A DNA stretch of 49,309 nucleotides from an uncultured archaeon (GTDB lineage: Archaea; Iainarchaeota; Iainarchaeia; Iainarchaeales; Iainarchaeaceae): NCBI GenBank assembly GCA_902386385.1, contig CABMIU010000048.1, positions 1 through 49,309 of the forward strand, given 5' to 3'. The notes beneath the pieces are model-generated. The model was not told the origin of the DNA. It was given only the letters and a program-made list of their open reading frames with translations, and did not search any database. Position 1 is the stretch's first letter, and each line of letters begins with the position of its first letter. The position numbers and the translations under genes were made by a program. This document shows, piece by piece, positions 27,987 through 37,784 of this stretch.

Positions 27987-28823
27987 TTAATGATGTCTGC
28001 CATACCTTCCACTGTGAGATTTTCCCGTATCGATGTCATCCATCTCCTCCCTTGTCGGATGCCGGAGTTCATTGCCGCTCAACACGAGCGGGTTATAAGA
28101 CGGGTTTAGCACGTACTTTGTGCCATTATAGCCGGTTTGCACTTCGCGGACAAACTGCCCGTTTGGCGCATGAAATATGATTTTCGGGGGGTTATTTGGC
28201 GTTTGCAAGATTGTGTACTGCAAGCGTCCGATATTTTTGGCGTTTTGGGGGGCAACATTCCTTTGTATTGCGGATTTCGCAGGCCTCCGCTTTTCTGTTT
28301 GGCCTTGCCTTGTCTCTCCTTGGCTTTTACTGATTTGCCAGCCATATTGCCCAAGCCGTGCCTTGGCAATTTCAATTTGCGGCACTTTGGCGGGTCTGCC
28401 CGGTTTTTCCGCGGCCACACCAGCTTTCGTATGCCTTGCGGGCACAGGCTTTTGGCTTGGCTGTTCCCTTTCTTTTTCCCCTCTAAGTCCGGCGGTTTTC
28501 AGCACATGTTTCCATTTTTCCGCCATTAGTTCAAGCGGAATTTTTTTCTCTCTTAGCCTTGAAACTAGGCGCGTTATTCCGGATGCGCCGAGGTTTTCTT
28601 CCAGATATCGGAATTTTCTTTCTCCAAGTGCACTAGCAACATCCCGGAGTGAAATAGTATACTCTGGAATGGTTTCAAAAGAAAACTGCTTCCTAAGTTC
28701 TGCAGGCAGGCCATGTACTACGCGGGGTGTTGCCAATTTTCTCGTCTTTTCAATGAGCTGGTCTAACTTGTGCGGGTCATAACCTGTGCGGGTGGTTCGG
28801 CGTATAGGTTTCATCTTATCCAT
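27987..28823 (-). CDS. Basic hypothetical protein (MDKMKPIRRTTR...)
   Basis: 278-aa ORF; TATA-like TTATTATA about 20 nt upstream (leaderless). Confidence 0.65.
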   Translation of the reverse strand: MDKMKPIRRTTRTGYDPHKLDQLIEKTRKLATPRVVHGLPAELRKQFSFETIPEYTISLRDVASALGERKFRYLEENLGASGITRLVSRLREKKIPLELMAEKWKHVLKTAGLRGEKEREQPSQKPVPARHTKAGVAAEKPGRPAKVPQIEIAKARLGQYGWQISKSQGETRQGQTEKRRPAKSAIQRNVAPQNAKNIGRLQYTILQTPNNPPKIIFHAPNGQFVREVQTGYNGTKYVLNPSYNPLVLSGNELRHPTREEMDDIDTGKSHSGRYGRHH

Positions 28824-28904
28824 AATAACAAATGCACGAGGGTATAATAATTTTTAGTTATTGGGGTGTTTTTCTGATTTTTTTGCAGGGTTCTCTTTCT
28901 TGTT

Positions 28905-29140
28905 CCCCTTCAGGGTTTCGCCAGTGACATTTCCGCGTTGCGAAGCCAGAGTTTTCCCGAAGGGGATACAGGTCTGGCGGCCGCCTGCTCGCGGCGATAG
29001 AGCGGACAATCTTCGAGGGGCCTGTCCCGTCGCCAAAGGCGTTCGCCTTTCCGACGCGGTCTCGGACGGGGCAACCGTCGCACCCATTCTCCCAAGAGGG
29101 CGAAACGCCGAAACTGTTGCGGCTTGGACCTCTCCGCTGG
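28905..29140. ncRNA. Unassigned structured RNA candidate
   Basis: GC-rich intergenic island. Closing stems CCAGTG/CGCTGG and CCGCG/TGCGG enclose about 7 consecutive hairpins; G.U pairs favour the + strand. Confidence 0.6.
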
Positions 29141-29232
29141 TTTATGTAGCGTCCGGCAAAAGCTTAAAATATATGTATGGCATACTGGTATAAGCCACAC
29201 ATTTCTCGTTTTAATGAAGGGGTGATTAGTGG

Positions 29233-29586
29233 ATGGCATTCGTAGAGAAGCTTATTGGCAAGAAGGAAGAGCTCGACATGGAGGACTTCCTGAACAACCT
29301 TGACTCACAGGAGGAAGACCCGTATGAAGGGGCAGAGGCTCTTGTAAAGCCCATAAACCTTACCACGGAAGACGACGTCAAGGCGATTCTGGAGGAATCC
29401 AAGAAGGGCAACATAATGCTAGTCAACATCGCCGACCTCGGCAAGAGGAACGCGATGAAGCTCAAGGAGCTCCTTGGCGCGGTCAAGGACGGCGTTGAGA
29501 CAATTGACGGCGACATTGCAAGGGTTTCGCAGGAAAAAATAATAGTGACCCCCGCAAAGGTCAAGATAATCAAGAGAAAGGACTGA
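29233..29586 (+). CDS. sepF: Cell division protein SepF
   Basis: KKGNIMLVNI, IDGDIARV, IIVTPAKVKI; SD GGGGTGA. Confidence 0.9.
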   Translation: MAFVEKLIGKKEELDMEDFLNNLDSQEEDPYEGAEALVKPINLTTEDDVKAILEESKKGNIMLVNIADLGKRNAMKLKELLGAVKDGVETIDGDIARVSQEKIIVTPAKVKIIKRKD

Positions 29587-29625
29587 ATTTAATTAATGCG
29601 GCCGATGGCTGCAACGGCAAATAAC

Positions 29626-29652
29626 AAGCGGCCAGGTGGCCGCTTTTTTTTT
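29626..29652 (+). terminator. Hairpin + U-tract terminator after sepF
   Basis: AAGCGGCCA-GG-TGGCCGCTT followed by a T-run. Confidence 0.6.
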
Positions 29653-29681
29653 GGCCTCTTTTTTTTTGGCTAACCAACCAA

Positions 29682-30599
29682 ATGGTTTTTATGGAAAATC
29701 CGGTTTTCCTTTTCAAGGTTCAGAAAGCCGATGCAGAGGCAAAGGTTTCCTCGCTTTTTGTTTCAAAGCGATGGGAAAAGCCGGAAATTAACTCTTCGCT
29801 TTCCTGCATTCCCTGCTTCTTTTTTTCCTTTGACATCCATGACAGTTCCTCCGGCAAGACTATCGTTGTCAAGAGGGGATTCGGCGCCCTGAACGCGAAT
29901 TCGAAAGAGCTTGAGGACCGGCTTGCGTCGCTTTCGGAAAATGAGGAAGATTTTGAACGTGCCGACATAAACCAGGTGCATGAGCATGAAATGTCTTTCC
30001 TGAAACAGAGAATTTCAGGGGGCGAGGCAAAGGAGATTTTGCCTGTCCTGCTTGCCGCGAAATACGGCGCCCTTAAGGAAAACGTGATTGTTTCCGGCCT
30101 CGATTTCTGCAATGTGCCTTTCTGGAATATAACCGCGAAATATGGCGTTGGAATTTCATCCAAAATCGAAATCAATGGGCTGACTGGCGAGGTTTTCGGC
30201 TCTGGCTCGATTCCGTTGAGGCAGAAGACCGAGCGTGAGCTCGTTTCAGAGGTCCTTGATGAGCTTTCAAGGCCTTCAGCATGGCTTGATTACTCAGCGA
30301 GAATCCTGTCAAAATTCCTTGCCCCTGCCGCCCCAGAAAATGGCGGGGCTGGTCAGAAGGGAAACGGCGGAGGAAAAAGGGATGTAAAAGGGCGGGGCAA
30401 AGAAAACGAAAAATGGCACGGCAAAGGCAGTGAAAAAGGCCATTCCAAAGGGCGTGGCGTGGTGAAATCTGGCAATGGCTCAGCTTCGTTTCCGTCAGTT
30501 CTGCCCGGTGATGATTCGATTTACAGCGAGACTGCGCGGGTAATCCTGCTCGCAATAATTGCATTGCTCGCGGTAATCTGGTTTTTCCTGCTGAGATAG
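29682..30599 (+). CDS. Hypothetical protein with C-terminal TM anchor
   Basis: Two similar PxF/W...N-x2-(T/S)xE modules, a G/K-rich linker and a terminal TM. Confidence 0.7.
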   Translation: MVFMENPVFLFKVQKADAEAKVSSLFVSKRWEKPEINSSLSCIPCFFFSFDIHDSSSGKTIVVKRGFGALNANSKELEDRLASLSENEEDFERADINQVHEHEMSFLKQRISGGEAKEILPVLLAAKYGALKENVIVSGLDFCNVPFWNITAKYGVGISSKIEINGLTGEVFGSGSIPLRQKTERELVSEVLDELSRPSAWLDYSARILSKFLAPAAPENGGAGQKGNGGGKRDVKGRGKENEKWHGKGSEKGHSKGRGVVKSGNGSASFPSVLPGDDSIYSETARVILLAIIALLAVIWFFLLR

Positions 30600-30667
30600 C
30601 GTTGGAGCATCTGGCTTGTGGAGTAATCTGCACATATTTAGGCATCTTAGGGACTTTTGCCGTACAT

Positions 30668-33600
30668 TTATGCGTAATCTAACAGGCTCTTCTGCTGCAC
30701 TTTTTCGTTCGTGAAAACGGAGTCTATTTCCCTTTCAATCAGGATTATCCTCTGCCTCAGGTAGTCGCTGAGGCCGTGCTTTGCTATCATCTCCTTTGCT
30801 ATTGCAAGGTATTTTCGCACAGAGCCCTGCGCTATCGTGAGTATTATCGTGTCGCTGCCGCATTCGGTGCATTTGCCGCACAGTGGCACGCGCCTGTACT
30901 TCGTGTTGCACTTGCTGCACCTGAACACCTGCCTCGAGAATGCGCGGGTGTTGCCTATTATGTCCGGCATGAAGTGGCTAACCATTACCCTTTCGAGCGC
31001 ATCCTTCTGGTCAATCGCCCTTATACGCCCCTGCACTGCGGCCTGCGCATTCATCTTTTCCTCCATTGACTTCAGAGACACGTATGTTGATTCCTTTGGC
31101 CCCGCATCGAACTGCGAGGTCTGGTGCGTGAATCCGAACCCGGTGTACTGGCCGGGCTTGCCTATTTTCCTCTTTATAATCGGCACCTGCACTGAATCCG
31201 GCTCTGCGTATGAAAGGCTCTTGAGGTAAAGCTCAACGGGGTATTCCCTGCATGTCTCCACTTCATACACCTCGTCATCTATTTCCTGCGGGTTTATTGA
31301 AACAGTGAAAACTAGCGGGGCGTCCATCCTTCCCCCGCGCGAGCCGGGCAAATAGAGCCTTGAAAAATTCAGGAGGGCATCCATCAGGAGCATTATCGAA
31401 TCCTGGTCGCCGTCGGCGTTGCGCCGTTTCGCGAGGTGGAAATAGGGATGGGCAAAATTCAGCTTTGCCTTTGTGTAGCCGATTATCCTGCACACCACCG
31501 CTGCAGAGGTGTGCGGGGCGAGACCAAGGAAAAGCTCGCCGATGAGCTGGTCCCGCGAGTCATAATTGTAATGGCTGCCCAGGCCGTAGAATCTCTCCAG
31601 TTCCTCATCAACGAACCTTGTAACCCTGAGGAAAAAATCCCCTGCGTCCTGGTTCACTATGATGTCCTGCACGAAAATCTCGCACAACTGTTCAGGGCTC
31701 ACGAGTTCCCTTCCCTCGAAGTCCTTTGTGTAGCCGAGTTCCCTCGCCTTTTCAACGCTAAGGCCTATTTCGCTTGGCTTGAAGTGCGTGAGCGGCGCGT
31801 TCAGTAGCTCGAACCTTATTGTGCCGTCCCTGAATATGTGCAGGTTGTGCCTCGCCCTGAGAATGCCCTTTTCCAGCGGCTCAGGGATTTTTTGTATATT
31901 TATGAGCCCTTTCACCCCTTTCACGAGTGGGGGTATCGGCACCCTGAGGTTTGCGGATGCCTGCTGTAGCATTTTTGCGAGCCCTATTTTCCGCTTGATG
32001 AATGCGCTTGTTTCAGAGCCGCATTGCGGGCATTTTTCCTCTTTCGAGTACTTGCCGCACTTCTGGCATCTCCTCACAAGCTCGTTCCTTTTCCCGTCCT
32101 CCATTGAATATGGCTGTTCCTCTATCTGCCCTGTTTCAGGGTTCAGGAAATAAGCGATTTCCGATTCGACATTGTTTGTCTCCGCTGCCTTGTTCACCGA
32201 CCTGATGTTGCCCCCCATTATGCCGATTGGGAAAAGGACCATCGGGTCTCCAACCATCTTGCGCGGCCTCGCCGCCTCAGGCCTTCCCATCCTGCACCCG
32301 ATGAAGGTTCCTGCCTTGTCCATTATTTTCAATCCGGAAATTCGCGAAAGCATTTCAAAAACCGGCATCATGGGGTCCGGCTCTGCGATGCTCGTGCCAC
32401 CAAAGGTCTTGAAGAAAGAGTAGGCGTATTCCTTTCCGATGATTATCCTGCTTTGCCCCTGCTCCGAAGGTACGGCATTTCCATTGCCATGATTTTCCGT
32501 GGCGTTTCCATGTTGGCTGCCATTGGCTGGATTTGTGCCATTGCTTTCTCCGCCGTTGCCCGCATCGCCATTGGAGCTGCCCCCGCCAGGCTGGGTATGC
32601 CGTATAAAGTGCGGTACCCCTATCATGTCCAGCATTGCCTTTGCCTTTTCGCCGAAAGGGATTGAAAGCTCCATTTCCGAGCCTTCAAAGTTTTTCTCCG
32701 ATGCCCTCACTGCCGCGATGAGTTCGCAGGCTTCCCGCGAAGACAACCCCGAGTAATAATGAAGGAAATTCGGGTGCAGCGGCACGCCGAGCTGGATGGA
32801 AAGCTCAATAGCAGTGCTCTGGTCAACCATTGCGGGATTTGAAAGTATTTTTTCCATGTTGAATGCTGATGCGATTCCCCCGTTTCCGTGCAATGCCTCT
32901 TCTAGCTCAAGCTTCCACCATTCCTCGCAGTATCCCGCAGGCATCAATGGGTGTGCGGTTTTCCTGAAATCCCCGAGCGCTATCAGCATGTCCCCCAAAA
33001 AAAGTATTTGCCCGACCTTTCCCATCACCTGTTCCGCTTCCTCTGCCGTCTTTATTTTCCTTACCTCGCCGCTCTTCAGCTTCACGATTGGGCCCTCTAT
33101 CGTGTCAACGGGAAAAACCTCGGCGCTCTTTCCCTGCCTCTCAACTTTTGCCTGCGAGCCAACCGCGAGAAAGCCGTCCAGCATGACCATTGTGCCGGGA
33201 TGTATCCCTTTTGCCATCACGCAGGTGTTCCTCGCCCTTCCGTAGCGCAGCCTGAAGCCGCCGAATTTGGAAGGGTAGGAAAATATCGGCCTTCCCGCGG
33301 CGATTTTCGAGAGGTACGAGTAATTGGGCTTCAGCTCCTTCTCTTCCCCCCCTGCGGAGCTCTTGCCGATTTTTATTACCTCCTCGAGCCACGACCAGTT
33401 AAGGCCAAGCATTTTAGAGAGGCTCATTATCTTCATTGCCTTCAGCCCTATCCCCTCGGAAACAACGAGGCACATGCCGCCCCGTATCTTGTTGCTGGGT
33501 ATCCTCTCGAGGTTCTTGAATGCATTCACTTCGCGGTCCTCGGTCGGCTCGCCGTTAATGCAAACAGGGCAGCCCCTTATTATTTTCCTGACATCATCGT

Positions 33601-34273
33601 CCTTGAGCTTGAACTGCCGTGTTATTATTTCATCATAAATGTTGATTTCCTCGACATAGCGCTCCACTTCATCATCAGTCGGCTTGTACCTGTCGAGCTG
33701 CATCAGTTGCCTCGCATAATCGCCTAAAATCAGCGGGAACACCGTTGCAGTCCCCCCCGCGGCCCTTATGGGCCCGGCGAAATAAATGTCCACATATTTG
33801 CTCCCGTCAGGGTTTTTGCTTATCTTGACATGCGGCACGCCGTCAAGCGGAGCCACCACTACCCCCTCCGTTACAAGCATGAGGCTGCTTTTAACTGCCT
33901 GCTCGAGGCGCTTCTCATCATCCGGGATTTCGCATATTTTCTGCTCAAGTATCTCCCTGAAAATCTGGAATATTGTCCTGTTCCTGTCGCCTTTGTGCTC
34001 TGCATAAAGCTCCCTGTACCTCTTCGCTATTCCAGGGGGCCCTATGATGTTCTCTGTCCTGTCCGCGAGGTCCAGGGTAGGGGGACATTCAACCTCGAGG
34101 CATGCATCCTTCCCTTTTTCCCTCGCCCTGCGGGCCGCCTCGAACTGGAATGATGCTTTCTTTCTCAGGGCTGCAAAATAGGATTGCACCATCTCTTCCC
34201 CGAAGCCTCCCGCAGTTTCATTTTTTGCTTTGGCGGGCATTTCCTGTTTAGGGGTTTCATGAATTTCAGGCAT
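30668..34273 (-). CDS. polC: DNA polymerase D large subunit DP2
   Basis: AGPIRAAGGT, GGFRLRYGR, IGCRMGRPE, RRNADGDQD catalytic motif, C-terminal Zn finger; no intein. Confidence 0.97.
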   Translation of the reverse strand: MPEIHETPKQEMPAKAKNETAGGFGEEMVQSYFAALRKKASFQFEAARRAREKGKDACLEVECPPTLDLADRTENIIGPPGIAKRYRELYAEHKGDRNRTIFQIFREILEQKICEIPDDEKRLEQAVKSSLMLVTEGVVVAPLDGVPHVKISKNPDGSKYVDIYFAGPIRAAGGTATVFPLILGDYARQLMQLDRYKPTDDEVERYVEEINIYDEIITRQFKLKDDDVRKIIRGCPVCINGEPTEDREVNAFKNLERIPSNKIRGGMCLVVSEGIGLKAMKIMSLSKMLGLNWSWLEEVIKIGKSSAGGEEKELKPNYSYLSKIAAGRPIFSYPSKFGGFRLRYGRARNTCVMAKGIHPGTMVMLDGFLAVGSQAKVERQGKSAEVFPVDTIEGPIVKLKSGEVRKIKTAEEAEQVMGKVGQILFLGDMLIALGDFRKTAHPLMPAGYCEEWWKLELEEALHGNGGIASAFNMEKILSNPAMVDQSTAIELSIQLGVPLHPNFLHYYSGLSSREACELIAAVRASEKNFEGSEMELSIPFGEKAKAMLDMIGVPHFIRHTQPGGGSSNGDAGNGGESNGTNPANGSQHGNATENHGNGNAVPSEQGQSRIIIGKEYAYSFFKTFGGTSIAEPDPMMPVFEMLSRISGLKIMDKAGTFIGCRMGRPEAARPRKMVGDPMVLFPIGIMGGNIRSVNKAAETNNVESEIAYFLNPETGQIEEQPYSMEDGKRNELVRRCQKCGKYSKEEKCPQCGSETSAFIKRKIGLAKMLQQASANLRVPIPPLVKGVKGLINIQKIPEPLEKGILRARHNLHIFRDGTIRFELLNAPLTHFKPSEIGLSVEKARELGYTKDFEGRELVSPEQLCEIFVQDIIVNQDAGDFFLRVTRFVDEELERFYGLGSHYNYDSRDQLIGELFLGLAPHTSAAVVCRIIGYTKAKLNFAHPYFHLAKRRNADGDQDSIMLLMDALLNFSRLYLPGSRGGRMDAPLVFTVSINPQEIDDEVYEVETCREYPVELYLKSLSYAEPDSVQVPIIKRKIGKPGQYTGFGFTHQTSQFDAGPKESTYVSLKSMEEKMNAQAAVQGRIRAIDQKDALERVMVSHFMPDIIGNTRAFSRQVFRCSKCNTKYRRVPLCGKCTECGSDTIILTIAQGSVRKYLAIAKEMIAKHGLSDYLRQRIILIEREIDSVFTNEKVQQKSLLDYA

Positions 34274-35780
34274 TTCCGACCTCTCCCTTGAAATTATTCT
34301 CTGTTATCCTTCTGGTCTTCAGGCTGATGTCAAGCGCTATCCCGGGTGTGGGCACGTGCCCTTCCCTTATCTGGAAATTCGTGCGCTCCTGCCAGCAGCC
34401 AGCATTTGCGACCGTGCAGCCCCTGTAATGGCTATACCCCTTGTGGTGCATGTCCCCGCCAAAGTAAAAGTCCGGCTCTTCCCGTATCACCATGAAATCC
34501 CTCTTCTCGGGCACATAAGGCTGGTTAAGGCCGAATCCTGTTGAAATGTCCCTTCTCCTGAGGAGTTCAATCATCGCGTTCTGCGGCTCCTTCACGCTCA
34601 GGTGCTTTGTAGCCGCGTACATGTCATGGAAAGACCCCCCGTGGTAAATGAGGCATTTCAGGCCCTCGATTTCCACCCAGCTCGGGCTTCCCACGAAATG
34701 CACATTCCCCCTTCCTTCAAGGCCTTTCACGAATTCGCCCGGGATTGCGGGCTGAGGGTCGGCGCGCCTCACGGCATCATGCTGCCCAGGGATGATGAAA
34801 ACCTCTATGTGCTCCGGCACCTGGCCGATGAGCTCGCAGAACTTGCCGTACTGGGCATAAATATCCCTTATCGCAAGCTCGTCATACTGCTCCGGGTAAA
34901 CGCCTACGCCGTCAACATTGTCCCCCGCAACAACAAGGTACTTTATTTTTCCAAGCCTCTCGGCCTCCTTTTCGGAAGCCGTGTCGCCATTTATCCATGA
35001 AAGGAACCGCGTGAATTCCTTTTCCATGAAGAGCTTGCTTCCGACGTGCGTGTCAGAAACAAGGCACACTGAAAGGTCCCTCTCGGAAAGTTTCGGCGGC
35101 CTCTGGCTCATGTCCGGCCAGATAATGGATTGCACTATCACCATTTCATCCGTGAACTTCTTGCCCTTTATCCCAACGACATCGTCAACAAGGATTCTTT
35201 CCGCCTCCCTTGTAAGGGCGAGGTCATCCTTCGAGACAATGGCAAGGAACTTCGATTCAGGCGTTTCAAGCTCTATTGTGATGTTGCCCGCCTTGCTCAC
35301 CCATCTCTCAATTACCATTCCTGCCAGGTCGACCTGCTCGTATTTTTTCAGGCCCTTGAGCTTCTCCGGGCTTTTCGGGGAGAATCCCTGCCTGTGCTGC
35401 AGAAGTGAAGAAAGGAAATCGTACTTGTCCCTGAAATATGTGAGGAAATCCTTTACCTTGCCTTCACTCGTGCTCTGGCCCGTGATGTCATATTCCTTCA
35501 TGATGCGGTAATCCGGGTCACAGTCCTTTGCAAGGCCTTTCTGCCTTCCCTTTGTGACAACGGCTTCCCGCTCCACATTCACAAGCTTTGTCTCGCGCCC
35601 GGCAATAAGTGACGCGACCTTTTCAGGCCGCACAATCGGCTCGCTTATGCCTTCGAGAATGCTTTCCCAAGCCTCTTCCTTCTCTAGCATGCCGATGGCT
35701 TCCTGGCCTATTATCTGGCCTGCCTTCGCGCAGAATTCGATTATGGCTTTCCTCTTTTCGGCAGTGTCCTGCAAGTTCAT
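34266..35780 (-). CDS. polB: DNA polymerase D small subunit DP1 (proofreading exonuclease)
   Basis: OB fold, SDTHVGS, AGDNVDGVGVYP, PGQHDA, YHG. Confidence 0.95.
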   Translation of the reverse strand: MNLQDTAEKRKAIIEFCAKAGQIIGQEAIGMLEKEEAWESILEGISEPIVRPEKVASLIAGRETKLVNVEREAVVTKGRQKGLAKDCDPDYRIMKEYDITGQSTSEGKVKDFLTYFRDKYDFLSSLLQHRQGFSPKSPEKLKGLKKYEQVDLAGMVIERWVSKAGNITIELETPESKFLAIVSKDDLALTREAERILVDDVVGIKGKKFTDEMVIVQSIIWPDMSQRPPKLSERDLSVCLVSDTHVGSKLFMEKEFTRFLSWINGDTASEKEAERLGKIKYLVVAGDNVDGVGVYPEQYDELAIRDIYAQYGKFCELIGQVPEHIEVFIIPGQHDAVRRADPQPAIPGEFVKGLEGRGNVHFVGSPSWVEIEGLKCLIYHGGSFHDMYAATKHLSVKEPQNAMIELLRRRDISTGFGLNQPYVPEKRDFMVIREEPDFYFGGDMHHKGYSHYRGCTVANAGCWQERTNFQIREGHVPTPGIALDISLKTRRITENNFKGEVGNA

Positions 35781-36052
35781 CCCTTGTGCTTTTCCCGTAG
35801 CGATTCTAGCTCTGAAATTATTGTCCAGATCTCGGTGCGGGTGTGCGAGGGCATGTTGATGTCGTTGCTTATATCCTCGAGCATGTAAATCGCGCCTGTA
35901 ATGCCCACGCTCAGGGACTCGCTCTGTCCAATCTTGATTTTTGCATCCTCGATTGCTTTCCTTATGTTCCTCGGAACTGAGCTATCTTCGAGTATTGATT
36001 CCATGAGGTCTTTTACGTAATTCAGCTGTTCGCCTGGATTTTCATCAGCCAT
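35777..36052 (-). CDS. UPF0147 family protein
   Basis: DSSVPRNIRKA...LEDISNDINMPSHTRTEIW. Confidence 0.9.
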   Translation of the reverse strand: MADENPGEQLNYVKDLMESILEDSSVPRNIRKAIEDAKIKIGQSESLSVGITGAIYMLEDISNDINMPSHTRTEIWTIISELESLREKHKG

Positions 36053-36264
36053 GGAATCCCCCCAGAGATGCAAGAAATAGGCAATGCAAGAATGGCCTTC
36101 TATTCCTATTTTATTTAGCTATACTACCCCCGCAGGCAGTTCAGCCCGCTTGAACAGAAAATGGGCGCAAAGCAATATAAATGGAATCTTGCAAGGGCAT
36201 GGTTTGAATATGGGTAGCTGGTATTGCCGGACCGGCAAGTCGGTCTAGTAATGTTTATAATCAA

Positions 36265-37113
36265 ATGAAAGGCATTACTGTTATGCTTCCGGATGCATAT
36301 TTTAAGAATGGGGATTTTACCCTTTACAATGCGGACTGTGTTGAAACCCTTAGCAGGCTCCCTGAAGAATCAGTTGACCTGATTTTTGCTGATCCGCCAT
36401 ATTTCCTGTCCAATGGAGGGATAACTTGCAAGGCAGGAAAAATGGTCTCCGTGAATAAGGCAGAATGGGACAAATCGCAGGGTCTTGGGAAAGACTTCGA
36501 TTTTACGACAAATTGGTTGAGCGGCTGCAAGAAGGTCCTAAAGAAAAATGGCAGCATTTGGATTTCAGGCACAATGCATAATATTTACCAAGTCGGATTT
36601 GCCTTGCAATTGCTTGATTATAAGATCCTTAATGAAATTTCCTGGTATAAGCCAAATGCACCACCAAACCTTAGTTGCCGTTATTTTGCGCATTCCCATG
36701 AAACGCTTATTTGGGCAAAAAAAGGGAAAGAGGCACAGCATACTTTCAATTATCAGGAAATGAAGGAGTGGCCTGACAAACTAAGCCCACAGGGCAAGCA
36801 AATGAAAAGCGTCTGGCTGATTCCATTGACACCACCTTCAGAAAAAATATTTGGGAAGCACCCAACACAAAAACCGCTCGAACTGTTGAGGCGGATAATA
36901 ACCTCTTCTTCAAATAAAGAAAACACTGTTTTGGATCCGTTCAATGGTTCAGGTACGACAGGCGTTGTTGCAAAAGAGTTAGGCAGAAAATATATCGGGA
37001 TTGACCTTGAAAAAAAATTCTTGGATCTGGCGATTCGAAGGGCCGGTTTTAACAAGGAGAATTTATTGGCCACGCGCTTAGTGCCTGCAAATTCCCCGAA
37101 GGTGCAGGCGTGA
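36265..37113 (+). CDS. Site-specific amino-DNA methyltransferase, beta class (DpnA/MboI-like)
   Basis: ADPPYFLSNGG, GKHPTQKP, VLDPFNGSGTTG; AT-richer than the host. Confidence 0.93.
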   Translation: MKGITVMLPDAYFKNGDFTLYNADCVETLSRLPEESVDLIFADPPYFLSNGGITCKAGKMVSVNKAEWDKSQGLGKDFDFTTNWLSGCKKVLKKNGSIWISGTMHNIYQVGFALQLLDYKILNEISWYKPNAPPNLSCRYFAHSHETLIWAKKGKEAQHTFNYQEMKEWPDKLSPQGKQMKSVWLIPLTPPSEKIFGKHPTQKPLELLRRIITSSSNKENTVLDPFNGSGTTGVVAKELGRKYIGIDLEKKFLDLAIRRAGFNKENLLATRLVPANSPKVQA

Positions 37114-37739
37114 TTAAGGGTGGCATAGGCGGTGGAAACACTATTACTGGCCTGAAGTTTGAGGAAAGGATCGACTTAAAGTCAGTTATCGGAAGACTCC
37201 CTGGCTATGCACTAAGAGGATCTGAAGTTTTTTTCCAAGGAAAGAAAGTTGCAGAGCTTTACCGCAAAAATGACCTTTACAAGAATTTTCTTGCAAAAAG
37301 AGGAATAGACTATTCAAAAATTATTTCAAAAAAACTCCTCCCCGATGATGCTATTTTTGTCTTTAAGGACAACCTGCTTAACATAATTGAAATGAAGTTT
37401 CAGGAAGTGGCTGGTTCAGTTGATGAAAAACTGCAGACCTGTGATTTCAAAAATAAACAATACTGCAAGATTATGGAGCCTCTTGGAATTAAGGTCCGTT
37501 ACATCTATGTGCTAAATGACTGGTTCAGGAAGAAAGAATACCTTGATGTTTTGGCATATATACAATCGGTAAACTGCCATTATTTTTTCCATGTTGTGCC
37601 TCTTGATTTTTTGGGTTTGCCGAGTCACCTACCCAAAGTAAAGGATCTCTTTGGAAAGTTCAAGGTAAAGCTCAAAAGGCCCACCGAAGAAATTCTTGCG
37701 GAAACTGACAGAGAACTCGACTCGAAATACTTCAAATAA
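37110..37739 (+). CDS. Putative type II restriction endonuclease (PD-(D/E)xK)
   Basis: GLKFE, LLPDDA, IIEMKFQ..AGSVDEKL; 4-nt overlap with the MTase gene. Confidence 0.75.
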   Translation: MIKGGIGGGNTITGLKFEERIDLKSVIGRLPGYALRGSEVFFQGKKVAELYRKNDLYKNFLAKRGIDYSKIISKKLLPDDAIFVFKDNLLNIIEMKFQEVAGSVDEKLQTCDFKNKQYCKIMEPLGIKVRYIYVLNDWFRKKEYLDVLAYIQSVNCHYFFHVVPLDFLGLPSHLPKVKDLFGKFKVKLKRPTEEILAETDRELDSKYFK

Positions 37740-37784
37740 GAATTGGAATTATCGAAATTGCCATTTTATTTTCAGTTATTGCAA

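Noticed and set aside
28905-29140. Assignment as RNase P RNA, SRP RNA, 5S rRNA, cobalamin riboswitch or HDV-like ribozyme
   Set aside because: Only short partial resemblances (e.g. GCC-TGCTCGC-GGC, CCGCAACAGT). Required conserved elements are missing or out of order. The overlapping ORFs look non-coding.
30668-34273. Intein in DP2 (also considered for Cdc6 and Hel308)
   Set aside because: Catalytic regions are contiguous, with no C/S...HN splice motifs or LAGLIDADG domain.
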